From Lepidodermella squamata (taxonomy: Eukaryota > Animalia > Gastrotricha): DNA of 64,000 nucleotides. This document shows, one piece after another, positions 36,601-49,245 of this stretch. A program made the translations under genes and the position numbers. The number at the start of each line of letters is the position of its first letter. The first letter of the stretch is position 1. Location: assembly GCA_047495785.1 (NCBI GenBank), contig JBLDXI010000001.1, positions 3,720,001-3,784,000 of the forward strand, given 5' to 3'. Below the pieces are notes generated by a model. The model saw nothing but the letters and a program-made list of their open reading frames with translations, was not told the origin of the DNA and did not search any database.

Positions 36601-39600
36601 ACTCATTCGAACTCTGGGGGTCAACTTGACTTCAAAAATGGTATGACGATGACGTTCTGGCTGGCTCGTTGGGGGTTAACTGGCCCTGAGACTTTGGTGG
36701 CCTGGATGGACCCTTCAAACCCTGCCAACCCTGCTTTTACTCTGAAAACAGCAAATGCTGGTTTAGTTGTGAGCTTCGCATGCAGGAATCAGCCTTCATA
36801 TTCGGTAACCTTCACTGCTCCCTACACGCGTCATGTTGCTGGCGTGGGATCGCGTATACGCCCAGTCGCTCTAATTCATGCCATGGGCTTGTCAAAACTC
36901 ACCCTTTACCATGATGGTGAGATGCTTTTCTCGCGTAAACTGCCACTCGGTTGCCAGCTACCTACGTCTGGACCATTCCGCATCGGCGGATTGCCACTCT
37001 CTGAATTCTCCGGTAGCGATATGGCATGCTTCCAGATTTTCAACCGTGCTTTGACTCCAAGAGAAATCCAACAAGTTTCATCTTGCCCCAAGAAAACAAG
37101 TAAAATATTAAGAGCATTCTGATTTATAATTGACTCGGTCCATTTTTTGCCTTGTTGCAGCTCCCAATCCGGTGTTTTATATTGTTCAAGATGATACGAG
37201 CTGGGTTAGTGAATACTAGTAAATTATTCAAATTTGTAACATCTTCAACAATTCTAAGCTTCGAGATCACTCTGGCACGGTTCCAATAGGCTACGCCATG
37301 ACTCAGGCATGCACCTATTGGCTCGACCCAGGGCCTTTCACTATTAGAACGCATGGATATGACTGCAAAACAACCGATCGCATGTCCTCGTGGACCGGTA
37401 AATTTAATGTTAAATTACAGAGAATGAAAATTACCTGTAACACAGGCTGGAACACCTGGCCGCCACCTCAAGTTCGCAACTCGTGGACCTTGGCTTTATA
37501 CGCAAGAGTTGACTCGACGAGCACTATGACACATTTCGTCACTGTTGGTGCTGGATACTCCGCTGCAAGAGTAGGCATGACGAGCAATGGGAGACTGTAA
37601 GACGCCAAAATCATCTCGGAACGGGGTAATGTGTTGCCTTTTTTCAGCTTCGGCTGGTTTGCCTGCACAAGCTCTGAGACAACGACAGCTTACATCGAAA
37701 CACCTAATTTCGTCATGCCAGTTGGTCGATTCGTTCATGTTGCCTGGGTTCGTGATCAAACGACTGGAACAATGACACTGTATGCCAATGGCCAACCGAT
37801 TAACACAGTCAGTGGAACTTCGATGTCCACGTTGCCAACCTCTGATGGTGTCTCGGTTTTCGCTAGCCCTTGGTACGGTAACGGTGTAAGCGGAGCGTCA
37901 GCATGCGTCGTAGTCTACGCCGCTGCATTGGCCAAGTTCGAAATTCAAGCAATTACGCTTGGATGCCCGGGACTCAAAGATTGTAAGCCCAGTTGTATTA
38001 TTATTGAACCTTATTACGAAAATCAATCATTTACGTATAGTAAGGCCTACTTATTGCGAAGCTAACTTAGGCCAGCAACAATCTAGTTTCTATTGGTCCT
38101 TTGCGAACGGTATTGACTTCAACCCAGCGCACATTGACAGCGATCGTAAGTTGCTATCAGAATTCATGAGAAGCCAAATATTATCAGCTTCTCACAAACA
38201 GTTTCATCCTGGAGAGCATCTACCGCTTCCACTTCCGAATGGTATGGTATCCACTGGTTGTACGAAATGGAAGTTCGAGCTATACTGACACGAGGTCACC
38301 ACAATGCAGCGAATAATGAGTGGGTAACGACTTATCAAGTTGCTATGCATGGCCGTGAAGATAATGATGGATGGTCTTGGATTCCAGAAGTCAACGGTGT
38401 CGGGGCGAGGGTAATAGCTTTATTTCCATTCCTTTCACAGTGGTGGTAACTTGATATTCCCAGCTTTTCTACGGCAATACAGATCGAACCGGCTTGGTTG
38501 AAAACCGAATTTATCCTTCAGTGAGAACAAGATGGATCCACGTCCATCCTCAAACGTGGAATGGCTGGCCTTCGATGCGGCTGGCAATCAAGGGATGCCC
38601 AGGTCTGCTTAGCGTCACGATTCAGTTTACCTTAGTAATTTTCGGAACTATCTGAACAGGTGGAGGTCTCACTTGCACAAGAAAGCTGCATTACAATACG
38701 CAAGGAGTTAGCGTGAGTGCGCGTGCAGCCGGTAGCGATACTCCGGACGCCGCGATTCTCGAAATGTCTAATCATTGGTACATGACTCCTGTTGATTTCG
38801 TAACAGAGCATTGGATGAGGTGGTCTTTCGGAAATCTCGTGAAAGTCACAAGTGTAAGGAGATTCCCATCTCGCATGCTCGCTAGATTAGCCTTCTACAT
38901 TGAATAGGTGGCAACTCGAGGTGGAGGAAGCGCACGCTCATGTTGCTGGGTCACGGTTTTCCGACTCGCTTACAGCTACAACAATGTTGACTGGGAAGCT
39001 TACAAAGGCTATGACGGATGGGTTCGCCATTTCACTGCCAATACAGAGGCATACAATGTTGTTGAATATACGCTTCAGCCTCCGGTAACGTTGCGCTCTA
39101 TCCGATTCCACATCGAGGTAAAGATGCCCAACATTCATGAAGACTTGAAATAAATACCGTGCTATACAGGGCTGGTATAATTCGATCGCGTTGAGGGTGG
39201 GAATTTATGGCTGTATGGCAGACTATGAAGATACTCAATTCGCGCCAATGACTGTTACCCTAGGAGATGCGCCAGTTACCAGCGTGACGACCGCGCTATC
39301 TAATCCTAAAGTTGCCGAGATGTTCCAACCTTCTCCAATTGGTGATAGATCCGAGATTCATCTTTTCACCGGTGATATCACGACACCAGCCAAGGGCCGT
39401 TATCTGACATTCCTCAGCAGCACTTCTAATCAAAGGCTTGATATTTGCGACGTTTCAGCCTTTTCATTCAATGACCCGTGGCAGAATATCGCTTACAAGA
39501 GAGCCATTATACTGCAGCCGACAGCTTTTGCAGGAAATGCGGCTGACTTTTCGAAGTTCGGTACAGATGGCAAGACGTATCAATTCCTTAACATGGCAGC

Positions 39601-40616
39601 AGGTATGTTCTCAAATCCCCATATTTTCCATATTTTCCATAAACGCATGCTTCAAGGACAACCCTGCATCGTCGGTTGGCCAACATTGATCGACGAAACG
39701 CACTCGACTGAGACCAAATCGGTTATCGGTGGTATGCCTCAACTTTCATCGACTTGTTCAGGCAAAGTCGCTCAGTGGGAGATCAATTTGAACACCCAAG
39801 GCTACACCTGGCTTCAAAACATTTACATTTCAACCTGGACTAGAAGCACGTCAACTCAATACGCGCTGAATGAAACAGACGCAATAACCGTTCCGCCGCT
39901 ATTGAGGGAGAAGTATTACATGTAATATTTCTAAAAACAATGCTTGCGTCACAAGGTGATAAGCTTCATATCTTTCTAGTGAGATGACGTCTGCTGATAC
40001 CCTAACTGTCAACCCGAATCGATATATCGGGGTTTATCAGGATAATAACGACCAAGGCACGATTGAGACACATTCTTCGGCAACTGGCGTTAATCCTTTG
40101 TTGTTTTCGCCTGCAAGCTCTGTGCCATCGGCAGTCACTGCGACTGTCAAAACTACTGATATCAACACTCAAATGACTACCCCTGGTTACGTAACCTACT
40201 CTGGCACGAGTCAACAAGCCATGATGGTGAGAGGCTTCGTAACAGGTATGACTTGAACTGAGCTTCTGATTCAGGCTGAAATGATGCTCAATTTATTAGA
40301 CGGAAATGGGGTAACTTGGCTCGCTGTCGATCTTGGAGTCGCACGACCTGTGGCAAGGGTAGTTGCAGTGCTACCTCCAGACGTATTCGCGAAAACCCTC
40401 GCGAACACCGAAGTCCGAGTTGGCAACAACATCGCGTCGATTGCCAGCAATCCAATCTGCGATTACATCGATGGCGTTAAAACACTCGACAACCGCCATT
40501 CGCAACGTCCCTACTTTTATTACTGCGCTAAACCGCTGTTGGGAAGATACGTCATCCTGAACCGGCGAAAGTTCGGCATATTGCCCCTCGCTGAAATCAT
40601 GGTGTATTCGCGTTGA
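33648..40616 (+). CDS. Large secreted multidomain protein, copy 2 (tandem paralog of 24770-31668)
   Basis: MQGLPPGVILLVLMFVDKAAGG signal peptide. Domain order and intron positions are colinear with copy 1, and it ends GRYVILNRRKFGILPLAEIMVYSR*. Confidence 0.82.
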
Positions 40617-40947
40617 ATTCACTTGGACAAAAAATGTTTTCTTCTGTTTGAGAATATTTGTGTTGGAACTTGAGTTTTGATGAACTTTTCAATGGCTTTG
40701 TACCCTCCATTCTATCAATTTCAATCTGCTTACATCACCTGTCGAAATCCGCTGCGAACGCTTTGAGGTAACAAGAACATAAGCATCATTCCGGCTGAAG
40801 AGTATACAGATATCGACGATGAAACAATAAACTGAGCAATTATTACTTTATTTCAATAAACCGTTACATTTCGTTCATTTCGATCATCATAAAAAATAAG
40901 TCTAAAAACAAACTAGCTCCTCATATATTGGCAGCAGCACCCGGGCT

Positions 40948-41673
40948 TCAATACCAGAACGTCGGCGCCTTCTTGCGCGTTTCTTTGATACCCATTTCTT
41001 CCATGATATCTTGCTCGAAAGTCTTCAGTTTCGGCGTGAATGTCACATTGGTCAATGCTTTTTCATTCGTGTCCTTCTCCGGCGTTTCGACATAGGTCGA
41101 CGGAGTAACACCATTGTCCACCTCATTGATGGCAGCTGGTAGCGGAATGATACGCCCAGACCGGGTTGAAACCCGAACCCGCTCGCCTTTTTCAGTAAAG
41201 CGCCACTCAGCCGAGGTGGGTTTGAAGTCGCCAGGGTCAACCAAAGCCACGTGCTTCGTGATTAGCAAAGGTTTTTCAATGCGCATGCAAGTAGGAGGGA
41301 CAGCCGCGCTATTTCGAGCCGTGATTTCGTACTTGCAGTTCAACCCCTCAACAAAGCACCAGTTACGCGGTTTAACCAGCTGGTTGATTATACCCTGTTT
41401 ACCCGCGTCCCTGCCCGCCAAAATTTGGACCCGATCGCCTTTGAAAATCAGCGGTTCTGCAATAGGTTCAACTAGAGTCTCGCGTTTTCGATTAGGCCGC
41501 TCAGCCAGGCGGTTGTTTTCTTTGAAAGCACTTGACCACGGTGGGTTTTCGTCGAATTGGAAGACTTTCACGCGTTGTTCCCGCCAGCCAGCTAGCGGAC
41601 CCTTCCACGACAAACGAAGGGCTTTTTCGTACATTTCATACCGGACATATCGTTTCCACCAAGACGACGACAT
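40948..41673 (-). CDS. mRpL24: Mitochondrial ribosomal protein uL24m (intronless)
   Basis: KOW motif FKGDRVQILAGRDAGKQG, NWCFVEGLN, EWRFTEKGERVRVSTRSGRIIP, C-terminal LKTFEQDIMEEMGIKE..TFWY. Confidence 0.93.
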   Translation of the reverse strand: MSSSWWKRYVRYEMYEKALRLSWKGPLAGWREQRVKVFQFDENPPWSSAFKENNRLAERPNRKRETLVEPIAEPLIFKGDRVQILAGRDAGKQGIINQLVKPRNWCFVEGLNCKYEITARNSAAVPPTCMRIEKPLLITKHVALVDPGDFKPTSAEWRFTEKGERVRVSTRSGRIIPLPAAINEVDNGVTPSTYVETPEKDTNEKALTNVTFTPKLKTFEQDIMEEMGIKETRKKAPTFWY

Positions 41674-41784
41674 GTTTATAACAAAGTCTAAGTTTAATTT
41701 ATTCAAAAATATTGATTAATCTGAAGACTTTGGCATTAAAATATTTGAGGTGAAAGAAAACACGGGGTTCAAAACGCAACAAAT

Positions 41785-44611
41785 CTATTTTGTGAATCTA
41801 ACGAGATGTTTGTAGTACCGCCCATTCGGAGCGAAAAAACTGGCATCGGCCAGCTCAGCTGATTGCTTTAGCTTATCGACAATGAAAGCTCTAAATATAA
41901 GAATAATCATCGATAGGGTAACAACAGCGGAGCCTATCAGTGACAAGAAGTGCGGGACAGCTTGTAAAATGATGGTTTGAAACGCGAACAGGACCGCAAG
42001 TTCTGCCGATCGGACTAGGGAGACGATGGCAGTTGGCACATGTCGAGAGGCGAATGTGATCAGAACTTGGCCGACCATCGATACAAAAGCACAGATCAGA
42101 GCAGCGGCGCGGTGCTCGTAGCAGGTTGGCCATTCGAATTTTCCCGTTGCGACAGCGATCGGCAGCAGTAGTGCTGCGCCGCCGAGGCCGAACCACCAGA
42201 CTACAAGGGTACTATTTACTTTGGCCAAACGCCGCATACAGACAATCGCGGTTGCCTAAAATAAAATCATAATAAACCGTTGAATAGTTTTCGTAAGTTA
42301 TCAAATTAAAACCCTACTAATAATTATTTTCGGGAATAATTTAACTCAAGTCATTCTTCTACGTGCCGATTCATCGATCATTCGCTAATGCAGAGCTGCT
42401 CAACCTTCTCATACCTTTCCTGCCTCTAATATTCCAACACTAGCGCACCATTATTCTCCGTGAAAGACACGGCGCTTCCAGGGGCTTTGCAACTTATCGA
42501 GTCTGCTTGATCTTGACGTTAGAATCTCTACTCTGCTGCTTTTAGGCATCACAAGCTCTGACTCATTGCCCGGGCATGACGGGACTGCCATCCTCTTGAT
42601 ACATCCTCTCGAAAGCTCCAATTTAGAAGTAATTACTCACCGGCTTCACTTAACGAATATTTTGTAGGCACTGATAACGTATCAACCAGTCCAGTTCTGA
42701 TTGGTGTAACGAGTCGCCAAGTAGCTCGGATTGGTCCATAAACAGCAGTAGGGTCTGGAAATACCTCAACAAATTCGGATTTCCTGATCAGGTTAAAGAC
42801 CGCGAAAGATTTGACTACTTTAAGAAAGCGCCTCCATGGCTTTACCATATCCAACGAAAAGATGCGAATAATGTAACTACACTTCTCAGCCTACAATCAT
42901 TGATGAGAATGTCATAACGCGGTTACCATCCCAAAAAAAATGGGCTCGTGTAACCAACATTAGCCATGGCAAGAAAATAAAGGGCTCAAAACAGACTTTC
43001 GTCAGCATCTTACAGCTGTTAGGGCGCAAGTGTGCCCGAAGGCGTTCGGGTATACCCGAGCCCGACTGGGTAATATCGTTTTGCCCGTCCATGATGTCTG
43101 TTTTGTTAAAATAAAAGAAATAAATGACTGGAATTTTGTTCATTCCATAGTCAATTTTTCTGATTATTATCATGTCATTGAACCAGTCGATCGTCGAGGT
43201 GGAGCTGCTTGAAGGCGTTTCCTGGATGCCGGCCGTGGCTGGCCCTCACATCCCTGGGGTGTACTGAGTGATTGGCCAAAACATCCGGGTCATTTTCCCC
43301 CGACCGCGTTGACCCTGAGGAGGAGGCCCAGGAAGCTCGTCTAACCGAACAAAAGCGAGTTCGCCAAGCTGCCCTTCAACCCTCTCGGGCGAAAGAAGAG
43401 CGCGCTGCCAAAGTTGTCCGTCGTGCCCGCTCTCCGAAGAAGAGCGCAATCCGGAAATCGAATTGCCCGAAATCGACCTGCCGGAGCTGCCCGATAACGA
43501 CGAGCCCACTCTATGATCGAGTAAATTTTTTCTAGTCTTCTATTTTTTCAATTAATGTTTTCCAAGAAGGCACAACTTTCGAGCCGCCTTGTCGCTGGCT
43601 GCAAAAAACTTCTTATAATGTGACCTAGTGCGAAAATCACTACTGTTTGATCAGGCGGAACTCGATAAAAGGATCGAGGAGACGCGAGTCGCCAAGAAAT
43701 TAAATTCCCTTGAGCGGCGGCGTGAAAACCGGCACCGCATCTACACCGTTGAGGGAGTCGACCGTCTCATCGATCGTAAAATTTACGTGAAAGACGGTTC
43801 GATTGCCTTCTATTATTCGATTCGATCTTCTATTAGCCACGAAGTAATTCTTCTCAAATTGTTCTTTTCGCTTTGTAAAGCCAAAAATCGATCGATTTTT
43901 ACGCAAAACAGAAATCAGTGAAATTTTCCATAGCTATTCGACAGCCAAAATTCTACGCGATTAGGAGTGAAAAAATACACCAATTTAACATACCTGCCCA
44001 CAGCTGGCCACCAAGGCACAGCCGCTTCCGATCAGACGGTCCATGAACGGTATATCTTGTCGGCCGGATGACGCCAGGTGGCTGGGGAAAATCAGCGGAG
44101 GTCGCATGATCAGCAGAATTCCACTTATCGACAGTGACACGAATAGAATATCAAAATAACGAAACGGCTCGCGGAGCACAATACACGCCAAAATGACGCA
44201 GAAAATAGGCGAAAAGCCATTGAAAATCACACCGGTTTCAGAGAGTGGCAAATACATTAACGAGGTGTAATAAAAAAACACGCCAGCAGTGCCGGACACG
44301 CAGCGAATAATTAGCGTTAACCACATTTTACGGAGATTCGGATCGCGGATCAGCTTGACATCATGGCTCGAACAAATCGGAGCAACGTAAATCGATAGGA
44401 ACAACATTCTCGACAGCGTGAGGAATAAAACATTTGAATCGCCGTTTGTCAGCAGGATTTTGGCGACCAATCCATTTACGGCAAACGTTATGGCTGATAG
44501 AAAGCATAGGAAAGCTCCGACGACGGTTGTTCGCGTCGAGAACCAGACAGCGAGGCGATGTTTGAATGTTTGGCGTACCGCTTTCACCTCCACATCATCG
44601 GTTATTTCCAT
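41785..44611 (-). CDS. SLC35G-like EamA/DMT transporter, copy E (exons 44611-43994, 42255-41785)
   Basis: Two EamA repeats: IRCVSG..YTSLMYLPLSE..PIF..LREP in exon 1 and GQVLIT..IVSLVRSAELAV in exon 2. Phase-0 GT-AG intron of 1738 nt. Confidence 0.85.
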
Positions 44612-45369
44612 TCAAGTCTCTCAAAAATCATATCCTAAAATTAATGATAAATTAAAATTAAGATGCCTCTTGAAAAAATGATGATAATTTAAACAAATTC
44701 GTGAATTCGGGCGAAAATCACACATCGGATTTGGAGAGAAAAGCTCAGCAATTTTCAAAAATTGAAAATCGACCTTTCGATTTTTCGATAATTTTTCGAT
44801 CTAAAATATTAACCAGGAGAGCGACATGCGAAATCTTCGACATGGTGAAGAAACTCTCAAGGCCGATGAAGTTTAGCTAACTTTTGGCCGTTAAGGATTC
44901 GATGAAGTCGTGTCGAAAAGCCCGAAACAAAAAATTTCCTTGGCAGATCGTCGGAAAGGCTTGACGTCTATTACATAGCTTATGACATCGAAAAGCAATG
45001 CGAGCTTACCCGTAGAAAAGATGCAACTGCTTTCCAGAGAGATTTCCTTCAAACTGGTATTGGCGTAATCACTTCAATTTAATCATAATCTATAAGGCGA
45101 AAAATCGAAATGTAGTTGAGGATTAAAAATGAGCTCATTTCATTACGGCGTACAAAAGAGGATCGTACAAAATCAACCTCAATATCAACTATCACCAAAT
45201 TCGCACCGAGATTTTTCGAAAGATTACGTCATTTGTGTCCTTGAAAATTTGATTATATTCAAAATTTTCAGAATAATTCAAGCGAAATTACTGAATATTG
45301 AAAAATGTTGGTGCACAATCTGATAACAGCATCGGATCAGATGGGGAAATTGAGCAACAAACTGTATTA

Positions 45370-48300
45370 TCATTTTGTCAAAACAAGAAAGAACTTGTAG
45401 TACTTAGCATCGGGTGAGAAGGTTTCACCCTGAGTTTCACAGCACTGCTTGAGCTTATCGATGAGAAGAGATCGTAGAACCAGGGCTACCATGACCATAA
45501 CAATGATGCATGAGCCAATAATTGAGAAGTAATGCGGATACACGCCGAGAAAGCTCATTTGGTAGAAAAACAGGAAAGCGAGTTCGATCGATGACGAAAG
45601 ACTGGCGATAACTGGTGAGATGTAGCGGACGGCCAGGGTCGTCGAAGCCTGGCCAACCATGCCGGCTGAAGCAGCCAGGACTATGCCAGCCCGGCCGAGG
45701 TAGGTTGATGGCGACTGGAAGCCATCGACGGCGAGCATTACCGTCAGGGCGACGCAAGAGCCGACGCATGAGTTCCAGAAAACGATTGCCGAGTAATGAA
45801 CGTCGCGAGACAGAGATCGGACGCTTAGAATTGCGATTGACTATAGAATGAATGATGAATAAAATAATAAATTCAAGATTTTGAATACTTCAATGAACAA
45901 CACAGGTCATTTCCGATGTCCTAGTTTTCAACAAAATTTAGAAAATTCAGGAGACAAAGATGGAATTTTTCTAGTTCCACTCCTAGGCATCCGATGGGAT
46001 GATTCGATTTGAATGATACTATATTTTAGTTTCGCACGCCGCCAACTAGCCTGGATGCACCATCTGCCGGAAGTTTTCTATCATACTGTTCACGTCGCGG
46101 TCGCGTGGCTTCTTTGCCGACAAGACTTTCCTAACAATGGTGTATGCCTGCGAATCATGGAATATGACCGAAGACGAGGAAATGGCGCTAAATACCCAAC
46201 AATACATATGGCTGCAATGCATTTTGGGAATTAAGAATGTGGCGTGCACGCGAAATCGCGAGGTTACTGCCAAAATCAATCGAAGACAGTGCTTAAAGTA
46301 GTACCGGGGATGCTACCGTGGCGAGTTTGCCGGGGAGGACCTTTTTCCCCATGTGAGCCAAGCGAGCGCTACCGTTCAATTCTCATTCCCGTTTGATTGA
46401 ACCACAGGTTATTCTGAGTATTGTCAGTCGATTCTCATAAGTTTTTGTTAGGTGAAAAATGGATTAGAAATGGGCACTCTCCTGTTTTCCAAAGTTTCTT
46501 CGAAGGAAATCGCCTGTCACATTGCTACCGAGAAGCGAAAGAAACTTTTTGATCATAGTCAAGAGTCTTTCATGGCCGGTCTGTTTTATCCAAGTCTTCA
46601 TCCAAGTCAAGATCGTGTACCTCTGAGTTGTAGAAATATTTCAGGGGGAGGGAGTCCCAACTACCTACTTCTTAGAACTTAGAACTTGCCAACAGTATAT
46701 TCACAAGTGCTTGAACAACTGCGGTTTCGATGATGACTATTTGAGGAAACACTGGTTGGCTTTCGCTACTTCGGCGTTTTTTGGGCGATTGGCCGGTGCT
46801 GGCCGTCGATTGCAACGACTTTTCCCACTGCCTAGCGCATGGACTCGAGCTTGGAATCGGCGATGTTGTTCTTGGAGTTCAAGCTCTTTCTGCACGACTT
46901 GTCCCACCTAAACAACATGTGGTATTTGCCCCTTGAAGAAGTTTAGAATAAGTTTCGGTTCGGCGAACAGGACGCCAACAAAAACGAGGGAGGAACGTCG
47001 TTGTTTGTAGCTTGCTCCGACTCGATTATGATTGCCGGCGGCGATTCCGATGACGTGAACCGAGTTCTATCGTGGCAACAGGGTGACGGGGAAATAAAAA
47101 ATGTTAAAGGTCTGATTCCTTTGGTTCTGCGATCTGAAGAAGACCGATATAAATTGCCAGTATTTTGCCTGGGCGGTGACGAGTCGGTGGTGGAATCGTT
47201 CGGTTCAGTGTACGGCAATGTCGCCGATCCTGTTCACCGGCTGAACTTTGACTCCATGGACTCGGGGCTAATGATACGGATGAACGGCAATCAAGGCGAA
47301 ATTGATTTTAGAAGAAGCCCTCGACTTCTACTTCGGTGCTCGGGAGCTTTGGCATTTCTTTTACGAATTTTCAAAACTAGGAATATCCAAAACTCTGGCT
47401 ACGGCCCAAACTGAAAAAGATATTTTAGGCGGTTGATGGTGATGCTCTGACATTACAGCCTGTCTCATAATGTACGCTGTCATATTTCGAGTTCTTTTAA
47501 TGAGGGATTATAATATAGGATTATAAAATATTGATAATCGATGCGTTCTTGATCAGCACAATAAACAACACAAATCTTGCTTGGAACTATATCATGAGAT
47601 AAAGCTTCCCTAATTTTTTCTTGATCTGGGATAAAGCTTGAGATTTTAATAACTTACTGCTACCCTGCCTGAGTTGTTGGTTAATGAAGATGAGATTGGT
47701 TATTTTTACCCCTCTATTTCACCCACGCCTATTATTGATCAGCGTTGTCTTGTTGATACGAGATGCGGTGAGCATGCGACTTCGAATGCGAACTATCTTA
47801 TCCCTATTCGTGAGGCCGTTGATTCGAAAAGATTTAAAATCGGTGGTGGCGGTTTATTGCCTTCAAGTAGCGTTGGTAAAATGTTTTTCGATTTTTCTTA
47901 AAGGACTGCTACGACCGCTGAGATGACTGCTGAAAGTTTGTTAATTCATGTTCACACCAATTTTTTTAAATCTGAATTTTCTACACTATTATTTCGTTTC
48001 CAAATAAATTCAATAGAACCCAGAACCATCAAATAATTTTACTATTACTTCTAACAATTTCTGTATTAATAATTTCAATTTTCAAAGCTTGTGCTTAGCT
48101 TTTAACTGAATTCCCACAAGCTCACCGTTGAATTTTCAGATTACAATTATTTAAGCATTTGAATTAAGATTTGCAACATAAAGCATCTTATAGAGCTTAT
48201 AGAATAGAATATAGAGTAGAATTTCCCGCGCGCTATTATAAATTATTTTTGAAATTATTGATTTTAAATTCGAAAATTTCTCTATTAAATAAAGAATTTT

Positions 48301-49022
48301 TCATAAAATTTATTTCCTACCTGAAAAAATGCCGCGACAAGAGCCAGACCGCCACCAATGAGCCGATAGTGAAGCAGGATATCGTCGTCGCCATTCGCGG
48401 CTAATTCAGGCGGGAAAATGAGCGGCGGTCGCAGAATCAGCAGGACTCCGGAAAACGTGCTCGCCATAAAAAAAGCATCCGTATAGTGAAACAGCTCCTT
48501 GAAAACAATGCGCGATAAAATTGACGAAAAAATCGGCAGCATCGATGTGAAAATGACGCCGACGTCTGAGAGCGGCGCGTAGTAGAGCGCGACGAAATAA
48601 ATTAAGCTGGAACTGCCGAATAAACAACGTAGAAACAAAGCCTGCCAGTGGCTCCTCAGCTGCTTCGATTTGACGAGAGGCACCTGATTCGCAGAACTGA
48701 TAGGCAAGACGAAAAATCCGATGAAAAATTGCTTGGAAAATGTGACGAAATAGGGCGAAACTTCACCGCTAGTCATGAGAAGTTTCGCAATTAAAGAATT
48801 CGTGGAATAGGCCATTGCGCAGAAAATACATAAAATAACACCGAAAAGCGTTGAACTAGCGCGAACCCAGATTGATACCTGCCGGCTGAGAGGTTCTTTC
48901 TTGGGTTTTTTAGTCAGAGGGACTTGGTCGGGTTGAGGCGGTCCAGGTGCTGTCGGAATATTTCTAGCGCTTTGAATCGACAGCTGCGTGTGAAGAACGA
49001 CTGAACTAGTCATGGCCTCCAT
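45370..49022 (-). CDS. SLC35G-like EamA/DMT transporter, copy D (exons 49022-48321, 45840-45370)
   Basis: Paralogous sequence; CAG|GTAGGA donor and CTATAG|TCA acceptor; intron 2480 nt. Confidence 0.85.
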
Positions 49023-49245
49023 TTTTCATCAAATTTATAATAAAAAAGATTCTAAAATATTTAAAATGAAAAGATCAATCATATATTTAGGGTACAATTT
49101 CAAAATTCAGCAAAATGCAACAGAGGCAAAATATCAACACTGGGTAAAACTATCACAATTATGACTGTAAAATTTAAAAAATTTCAAAATTTAAGGTAGA
49201 TTGCACGATAAGGCAAAACAAGTAAAATATCTTTCAGACTAGTTT

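Noticed and set aside
41114-41719. 201-aa plus-strand ORF and many similar overlapping ORFs
   Set aside because: These are antisense or alternate-frame shadows of real genes (here mRpL24).
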